A stretch of 64,000 nucleotides of DNA. Origin: the human T2T-CHM13v2.0 reference genome, Homo sapiens. Below the pieces are notes generated by a model, which had not been told where the DNA came from, searched no databases, and saw only the letters and a list, made by a program, of their open reading frames with translations. How positions within the stretch are numbered: position 1 is the stretch's first letter; every line of letters starts with the position of its first letter. Positions 56,015 through 64,000 of the stretch are shown here, piece after piece. The position numbers and the translations under genes are program-made. Location: assembly GCF_009914755.1 (NCBI RefSeq), contig NC_060926.1; one strand, written 5' to 3'.

Positions 56015-57287
56015 GAAATAATAATTTCATTATTCTAAGAGATCACCTACTCAGCACTTATATAGATGAAAATCTAGATAAGCCATTACAGCCATGAGCA
56101 ATGCTAATGAACATTTTTGCAAACTCTGGACAGGTGCTTGACATCCTCAATGATCTTCCTATTTTTCTCAGTTATCTGGTCATGAGCAACTGGCCCAGCT
56201 GAAGATGATTCATTTCAGATGAGATCACCTTTAATGTACTTTAATCCACTGTAACACAGCATCCAGTTGAAGTGGAAAGTGTGGACAGGCATGAACCTCC
56301 AAAATGGCAACAGCAAACTGCAAAGCTCACCCAAAACACATCTACCAACACCAGGGTCTTCAGCTACCAATCAAGCCCCTCTACACTGTCTCAGAAAAAG
56401 AAATATCTCTAACTTCCTCAGTTCATAATGATTTTAATATCTTGGGAATTTTTTCATTGTATTTCTAGGGCCAAAGAAAATTTAAACTATTTGGCAGCAC
56501 CCTTGTGAGTTTACTGCGGTGTCCAGGGTGCCTTAGAGCTAGTTTAGGAACTGCATTTCTAAAAATAATAGTTGTTTTTCATTGCCTTCTATAATTCAAG
56601 ATTTACATTCTGGAGTGGACATGTCCCTAAGGTATCAAAACTCTAAATTTCAAGGCCTCTTACTTGTAGGAGTCTCTTCCATGGTCCTGATCAGGGAGAA
56701 ACAAAATTGAGCATACAACAACAATTGTTTAAGAGAACCACTTCTCCTTCCTCCCAAGACACTTTGCGGTTTGGTAGTGTTAGAGTGTCCATGGGCGCAT
56801 ATATATAGTATCTAGCTAAGGAGAAGTTAGCACTAGAGGAGAAACACAATTTGACATGAATGAAGTCACAAAGCTGTCTGTGGACAATTCTTCTAATCAA
56901 ATATGAAAATAATTTAAGTGTAGGATTTTTTTCGTTTTGGTCAATACCCATGCACAATGACATTTCCTGTTAGCAATATACTTGATAATGAAGCCTACAT
57001 AATTATATATAAAATCTCCTCTTTTTCCCATTGTTAATGGGAATTTCCCAAAACAAAATTTAACATAACTCATTCATTTGTAGAACATAAACTTGCAAAA
57101 TTAGAACAGCAAATATCTATATATCTGAAGTTGCAGGTTTTATGAATCACAGATATCAATTAAACAAATTTAATCTACCATGCTAGACCTTTTTCTTCTA
57201 TCTTTAAAAATTATGATACAATTTTCTTTCATTTAAAACAGTGATCAATAGTATCAAGCCAAAATATATGGGAAAATATATTGTAAC

Positions 57288-57534
57288 TTTATTTTATTTT
57301 TTTGAGACTTTGTCACCCAGGTTGGAGTGCAGTGGCACGATCCTTCTGCCTCAGCCCCCCAAGGAGCTGGGACTACAGGTGCACCACCAGGCTTGGCTAA
57401 TATTTGTAATTTTTGTAGAGGTGGGGTTTCACCATGTTGCCTGTGTTGGTCTTAAACTCCTGAGTTCATGCAATCTGCCCACCTCTGTCTCCCAAAGTAC
57501 TGGGATTACAGGCATGAGCCATCATACCCGGCCA
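57288..57534 (-). mobile_element. AluJ-like with an internal deletion in the right arm
   Basis: GGCACGATCCTTCTGCCTCAG fuses two GATC sites; TTTTTGTAGAG is an AluJ diagnostic. Confidence 0.85.
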
Positions 57535-57984
57535 TAAAGATATTTTATAATTATGACATTTCTCATGTTTTAGTTTATTGTGACTTTTTTCTCATTCACA
57601 GTAAATATTCTGTTTTGTTTGTTTTTCCTAACTTTGATTCTTTTTTCTTAAAGATGGTACTTTAAATCATGTAAAATTGAGGCCTGAAAAACACCTGTCT
57701 ACCTCTAGCCATGATGTAAGTGAAACATTTCTTTAACCTATTTCAAATAATTTTATTTTCCTTTTTTCTTTCTGCATCTTGGCTTATACTTTCCATTTGC
57801 CTCTGAAACCTAGTCCAAAAATAATTTATGTGCTCACTGCTCACTCCATTTTTGTATTTTATCCTTTTCAGAAGAGAAACATTTTCAAAAAGCCTTTTTG
57901 TTTTTTCAGAGTTCTCTCAATTTTATGCTCTGGTGTTCTTAAAATATTATATGAGCATCATAATACTGCTTTTCAAACAAGAAA

Positions 57985-58341
57985 AATCTCATCTGCAGTC
58001 CCATGTTCTTGCAGCATTATTCCAAGCAGACAAGATATGGAATCAGTCCACATGTCCATCAAAGAACGAATGGAGAAAGAAAAATATAGTGTCTATACAC
58101 AATGGAGTACTTTTCAGCTTTAACAAAAGAAGGAAATCTGTTCCTTTGTGACAACACAGATGAACCTACAGGACACTGTGTTAAGTGAAACAAGCCAGGC
58201 ACAGAAATACAAATACCACATGATATCACTTATGTGGAATCTAAAAAATGTTGAATACATAGAAGCAAGGAGTAGAATGGTGGTTCTGGCTGTGTGGGGG
58301 GTTGGGGGCAGTAGATAGGGAGATGTTGATCAAAGGATACA
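57985..58341 (+). mobile_element. L1MA8/9-type 3' fragment
   Basis: GTTAAGTGAAACAAGCCAGGCACAGAAA...GGGAGATGTTGATCAAAGGATACAA. Confidence 0.75.
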
Positions 58342-58356
58342 ACAAAAGTATTTTTC

Positions 58357-58661
58357 AATTTTTTTTATTATACTTTAAGTTCTAGGGTACAGGTGCATAA
58401 TGTGCACATTTGTTACATATGGTGCTGGAGAGGATGTGGAGAAATAGGAACACTTTTACACTGTTGGTGGGACTGTAAACTACTTCAACCATTGTGGAAG
58501 ACAGTGTGGCAATTCCTCAGGGATCTAGAACTAGAAATACCATTTGACCCAGCCATCCCACTACTGGGTATGTACCCAAAGGAATATAAATCATGCTGCT
58601 ATAAAGACACATGCACACGTATGTTTATTGAGGCACTACTCACAATAGCAAAGACTTGGAG
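58357..58661 (-). mobile_element. L1PA4/5-like truncated, 5'-inverted (twin-primed) insertion
   Basis: Poly(T) plus about 60 bp of L1 3' end on the minus strand, then an ORF2 C-terminal piece on the plus strand (58421-58660). Flanks CAACAAAAGTATTTTT / CAACAAAGTATTTTT. Confidence 0.88.
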
Positions 58662-59089
58662 CAACAAAGTATTTTTTTAAATAATATATAAATACATCTC
58701 ATAAACTCCACACAATGTACACATGTCCTCATTAGTACTGTTGTACTCTCCCCTTTTCCTTCTTTCAAACCTATTGCCCTTCACAGCTGTTTGTCTTGGG
58801 TTTCTCTCAACACCACCCTCACCCCCAGAATCTTATCAGCCCTCTTCACTCCATCTCCTTCTTTATGAGCTTCTGTTTTCTTTTTCTCCTCTTGTTCAAT
58901 CACAAAAGCACAGGAATGGATCTATCAAGTACAAAATTCTTATGTGGTGTCTGAGAGAGGAAGGCATTCAGGTAATGCCTGTGCCAGTGTTTTCATGCCA
59001 TCAAGCATATGCATGAGAAAGAGGTGCTGCAATGTATTCAAGGCTTATTGCATCCTAAGTTCAGTGGGACCTATGTAAAGGGATGAGGT

Positions 59090-59240
59090 CATTTAATTCT
59101 CATAAGAACATTATAACTTGGGAATATCTCCATATCTTAAATGAGGAAACCGAGGGCCACAGAAGTTATTGACTTGTCTGAGGGTGCAGCTGGGACTAGT
59201 ACTCAAGTCTGTCTGACTCCCTGGTTTGTATTCTTAGCTT
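59090..59240 (-). mobile_element. MIR fragment
   Basis: CATTTAATTCTCA...ATGAGGAAACCGAGG...TCTGTCTGACTCC. Confidence 0.65.
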
Positions 59241-59881
59241 CTATGAGAGGCTTCCTTTCTAATCAAAAGTTGCATAAAGTTTCACATTCCCAAAATATTC
59301 TTCAAAGCATCAAGTAACTTCATAAAGGGCAAGGTGTATTCACTTGAAGGTGAGTGTGATTCTGTAAAAGACTGAAATTTTACTGATGTTGATTATGGAA
59401 TAACTAGGTGAGCTCACTGGTATTATAGGTGTAGGTAAAGAATGAGATGTGGATTCAAAATAAAGAGGCTAAATTTCTGTGTCATTTATTATCTAAGCTT
59501 AGAGGCAAATTACAAAAAAAAATTCATAAAAATATGCCAAGAATGGAATATTCCTGGGGGAAAAAATGTATGTACCTTACATTGTCACTGTTAAGAACAA
59601 AAAATTACAACATTTGCACTTGTTTTATGAAATCCATAAAGCAATAGTGATCTCGGGTCAAATACATATACACACTACACAAGACACACACACACATACA
59701 CACACAATTGCACATTCAGTCCACCTTGTTTTTAATGGTGATATCATTGTGAAGTTATAGGTGAAAGAGCTCACATAGCAGAGTATTGTGATATTAGCCA
59801 TGATGTACTAACCATCTACATATGTTAGTTGATTGTAATAATAATAAAATAATTAATTTTAAAGATATAAACTATACTTAT

Positions 59882-60333
59882 TGTCAGGTCTCTGAGCCCA
59901 AGCCAAGCCATCGCATCCCCTCTGACTTGCAGGTATATGCCCAGATGGCCTGAAGTAACTGAAGAATCACAAAAGAAGTGAAAATGCCCTGCCCCGCCTT
60001 AACTGATGACATTCCACCAAAAAAGAAGTGTAAATGGCCGGTCCTTGCCTTAAGTGATGACATTACCTTGTGAAAGTCTTTTTCCTGGCTCATCCTGGCT
60101 CAAAAACTCCCCCACTGAGCACCTTGCGACCCCCACTCCTGCCCACCAGAGAACAAACCCCCTTTGACTGTAATTTTGCTTTACCTGCCCAAATCTTATA
60201 AAACGGCCCCACCCCTATCTCCCTTCTCTGACTCTCTTTTCGGACTCAGCCCGCCTGCACCCAGGTGAAATAAACAGCCATGTTGCTCACACAAAGCCTG
60301 TTTGGTGGTCTCTTCACACGGACGTGCATGAAA
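59882..60333 (+). promoter_or_regulatory. HERV-H 5' LTR (LTR7)
   Basis: TGTCAGG..TCTGAGCCCAAGCCAAGCC start, type I U3 repeats, TATAAAA, AATAAA, and end GCATGAAA directly before the PBS. Confidence 0.96.
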
Positions 60334-60335
60334 TT

Positions 60336-60353
60336 TGGTGCCGTGACTCAGAT
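60336..60353 (+). promoter_or_regulatory. tRNA-His primer binding site
   Basis: TGGTGCCGTGACTCAGAT, one mismatch from TGGTGCCGTGACTCGGAT. Confidence 0.92.
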
Positions 60354-62062
60354 CGGGGGACCTCCCTTGGGAGATTAATCCCCTGTCCTCCTTCTCTTTG
60401 CTCCGTGAGAAAGATCCACCTACAACCTCAGGTCCTCAGACCAGCCAGCCCAAGAAACATCTCACCAATGTCAAATCCAGTAAGCGGCCTAATTTTTACT
60501 CTCTTCTCCAACCTCCCTCACTATCCCTCAACCACTTTCTCCTTTCAATCTTGGCGCCACATTTCAATCTCTCCCTTCTCTTAATTTCAATTCCTTTCAT
60601 TTTCTGGTAGAGACAAAGGAGACACGTTTTATCAGTGGACCCAAAACTCCGGCGCCGGTCATGGACTAGGGAAGGCAGCCTTCCCTTGGTGTTTAATCAT
60701 TGCAGGGACACCTCTCTGATTATTCATCTACGTTTCAGAGGTGTCAGACCACGCAGGGACGCCTGCCTTGGTCCTTCACCCTTAGCAGCAAGTCCGGCTT
60801 TTCTGGGGAAGGAGCAAGTACCCCAACCCCTTCTCTCCATGTCTCTACCCCTTCTCTGCCTTTCTGGGGGGAAAGAAACCCCCAACCCCTTCTCCTTCAC
60901 CCTTAGTGGCAAATCCCGCTTTTCTAGGGGAAGGGCAAGTACCCCAACCCCTTATATCTCTGTGCCCCAATCCCTTATTTCCATGCCCTGACCTCTTATA
61001 TCTCTGTGCCCCGATCCCTTATTTCCGTGCCCCAACCTCTTATATCCCTGTACCCCAATCCCTTATTTCCACACCCCGACCTTGTATCTCTGCACCCTGA
61101 CCCCTTTCCTGCTTTTCTGGAGGGTAAGAACCCCCGAACCCCTTCCCTCTGTGTCTCTACTCTCCCTTTTCTTTAAACTTGCCTCCTTTGCTATAGGCAA
61201 CCTTCCACCCTCCATTCCTCCTTCTTCTCCCTTAGCCTGTGTTCTCAAAAACTTAAAATCTCTTCAACTCACACCTGACCTAAAACCTAAATGCCTTATT
61301 TTCTTCTGCAATGCTGCTTGACCCCAATACAAACTCGACAGTAGTTCCAAATAGCCAGAAAATGGCACTTTCAATTTTTCCATCCTGCAAGATCCAAATA
61401 ATTCTTGTCGTAAAATAGGCAAACGGTCTGAGGTGCCTGACGTCTAGGCATCCTTTTACACATCAGTCCCTTCCTAGTCTCTGTGCCCAATGCAACTAAT
61501 CCCAAATCTTCCTCCTTTCCCTCCCGCCTGTCCCCTCAGTACCAACCCCAAGCGTCGCTGAGTCTTTCTAATCTTCCTTTTCTACAGACCCATCTGACCT
61601 CTCCCCTCCTCACCAGGTCGAGCTAGGTCCCAATTCTTCCTCAGCCTCCACTCCTCCACCCTATAATCCTTTTATCACCTCCCCTCCTCACACCTGGTCC
61701 AGCTTACAGTTTCATTCTGTGACTAGCCCTCCCCCACCTGCCCAGCAATTTCCTCTTAAAAAGGTGGCTGGAGCTAAAGGCATAGTCAAGGTTAATACTC
61801 CTTTTTCTTTATCTGACCTCTCCCAAATCAGTTAGCATTTAGACTCTTTTTCATCAAATATAAAAAACCCAGCCGAGTTCATGGCTAGTTTGGCAGCAAC
61901 CCTGAGAGGCTTTACAGCCCTAGACCCTAAAAAGTCAAAAGGCCATCTTATTCTCAATATAGATTTTATTACCCAATCTGCTCCTGACATTAAATAAAAC
62001 TCCAAAAATTAAATTCCGGCCCTCAAACTCCACAACAGGACTTCATTAACCTCGCCTTCAAG

Positions 62063-62299
62063 GTGTACAATAATAGAAAAAAGTTGCAATTCCTTGCCTC
62101 CACTGTGAGACAAACCCCAGCCATATCTCCAGCACACAAGAACTTCCAAACACCTGAACTGCAGCAGCCAGGTGTTCCTCCAGGCCTGCCACCCCCAGAA
62201 GCTTGCTACAAGTGCCAGAAATCTGGTCACCAGGCCAAGGAATGCCCGCAGCCCGGGATTCCTCCTAAGCCGCGTCCCATCTGTGTGGGACCCCATTGA
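62063..62299 (+). pseudogene. HERV-H gag nucleocapsid remnant
   Basis: CCHC knuckle CYKCQKSGHQAKEC; the second knuckle is broken by C-to-R and a stop. Confidence 0.85.
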
Positions 62300-62453
62300 A
62301 AATTGGACTGTTCAGCTCACCTGGCAGGCACTCCCAGAGCCCCAGGGACTCTGGCCCAAGGCTCTCTGACTGACTCCTTCCCAAATCTTCTCTGCTTAGC
62401 AGCTGAAGACTGACACTGCCCAATCGCCTCGGAAGCCTATAGGACCATCACAG

Positions 62454-62780
62454 ATGCTCTGGGTAACTCTCACAGTGGAGGGTAAGTCCATCCCCTTCTT
62501 AATCAATGCGGAGGCCACCCACTCCACATTACCTTATTTTCAAGGGCCTGTTTCCCTTGCCTCCATAACTGTTGTAGGTATTGACAGCCAGGCTTCTAAA
62601 CCTCTTAAAACTCCCCAACTCTGGCGCCAACTTAGACAATACTCTTTTAAGCACTCCTTTTTAGTTATCCCCACCTGCCCAGTTCCCTTATTAGGCTGAG
62701 ACACTTTAACTAAATTATCTGCTTCCCTGACTATTCCTGGGCTACAGCCACACCTCATTGCCACCTTTTCCCCCAGTTCA
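62454..62780 (+). pseudogene. HERV-H protease remnant
   Basis: VTLTVEGKSIPFLINAEATHS (catalytic DTG lost) and PVPLLG followed by a stop. Confidence 0.85.
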
Positions 62781-62853
62781 AAGCCTCCTTCACATACTCC
62801 TCTTGTATCCCCCCCACCTTAACCCACAAGTATAGGACACCTCTACTCCCTCC

Positions 62854-64000
62854 TTGGCCACTGATCATGCACCCCTTACCATCTCATTAAAACCTAATCA
62901 CCCTTACCCCACTCAACGTCAATATCCCATCCCGCAGCACGCTTTAAAAAGATTAAAGCCTGTTATCACTTGCCTGCTACAGCATGGCCTTTTAAAGCCT
63001 ATCAACTCTCCTTACAATTCCCCCGTTTTACCTGTCCTAAAACCAGACAAGCCTTACAAGTTAGTTCAGGATCTGCGCCTTATCAACCAAATTGTTTTGC
63101 CTATCCACCCTGTGGTGCCAAACCCATATACTCTCCTATCCTCAATACCTGCCTCTACAACCCATTATTCTGTTCTGGATCTCAAACATGCTTTCTTTAC
63201 TATTCCTTTGCACCCTTAATCCCAGCCTCTCTTCGCTTTCACTTGGACTGACCCTGACACCCATCAAGCTCAGCAAATTACCTAGGCTGTACTGCCGCAA
63301 AGCTTCACAGACAGCCCCCATTACTTCAGTCAAGCCCAAATTTCTTCCTCATCTGTTACCTATCTCGGCATAATTCTCATAAAAACACACGTGCTTTCCC
63401 TGCCAATCATGTCCGACCGATCTCTCAAACCCCAGCACCTTCTACAAAACAACTCCTTTCCTTCCTAGGCATGGTTAGCATGGTCAGAATTCTTACACAA
63501 GAGCCAGGACCACACCCTGTAGCCTTTCTGTCCAAACAACTTAACCTTACTGTTTTAGCCTAGCCCTCATGTCTGCGTGCAGCAGCTGCCACTGCTTTAA
63601 TACTTTTAGAGGCCCTCAAAATCACAAACTGTACTCAACTCACTCTCTATAGTTCTCATAACTTCCAAAATCTATTTTCTTCCTCATACCTGACGCATAT
63701 GCTTTCTGCTTCCCGGCTCCTTCAGCTATACTCACTCTTTGTTGAGTCTCCCACAATTACCATTTTTCCTGGCCCGGACTTCAATCCGGCCTCCCACATT
63801 ATTCCGGATACCACACCTGACCCTCATGACTGCATCTCTGTGAACCACCTGACGTTCACCCCATTTCCCCACATTTCCTTCTTCTCTGTTTCTCACCCTG
63901 ATCACACTTGGTTTATTGATGGCAGTTCCACCAGGCCTAATTGCCACTCACCAGCAAAGGCAGGCTATGCTATAGTATCTTCCACATCTATCATTGAGGC
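62854..64000 (+). pseudogene. HERV-H pol remnant (RT to RNase H)
   Basis: SPYNSPVLPV, VQDLRLINQ, LDLKHAFF and TWFIDGSS near 63905. The YxDD region is deleted near 63335. Confidence 0.9.

Larger units (their letters stand above)
60334..64000 (+). mobile_element. HERV-H internal region (common deleted RTVL-H2-like form), continues past the window end
   Basis: C-rich leader with tandem repeats; gag, pro, RT and RNase H remnants in order. Confidence 0.95.

Noticed and set aside
56020-56400. Possible inverted 5' half of HSPA8 or a second retrocopy next to the pseudogene
   Set aside because: The frames I translated by hand gave no HSP70 N-terminal motifs or other recognisable protein; a BLASTX search would be needed.
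62063-64000. Functional HERV-H Gag/Pro/Pol
   Set aside because: Catalytic protease Asp and RT YxDD are missing and multiple stops are present.

Overview
Primate (human-like) AT-rich, repeat-dense genomic DNA with no intact protein-coding gene that I can support. All repeat family calls come from recalled consensus sequences, not a database search. The window contains a MER11 (HERV-K11/HML-8) solo LTR, two large decayed L1s (L1PA7/8-type at ~3.0-8.2 kb, L1PB-type at ~33.4-38.6 kb), two tiny twin-primed L1PA insertions, seven Alus, MaLR and ERV1 LTRs, two MER82 Tigger elements, and many old L1M/MIR/L2 fragments. It also holds a 5'-truncated HSPA8 processed pseudogene on the minus strand (~54.2-56.0 kb) and the 5' part of a HERV-H provirus (LTR7, tRNA-His PBS, deleted gag/pro/pol) that runs off the right edge. 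The most notable observations: (1) both large L1s appear to carry 3' transductions, each ending in a second poly(A) with a degenerate TSD beyond it; (2) template-switch or local-duplication scars recur, including a perfect 41-bp inverted repeat with a nested palindrome and two dispersed 120-220 bp local copies; (3) the LTR7 has a point change in its second ACAAAAGA motif and a weakened major splice donor; (4) speculatively, a chain of strong minus-strand splice signals faces away from LTR7. I do not see firm evidence for a new biological system; item 4 is the only candidate and may be chance.
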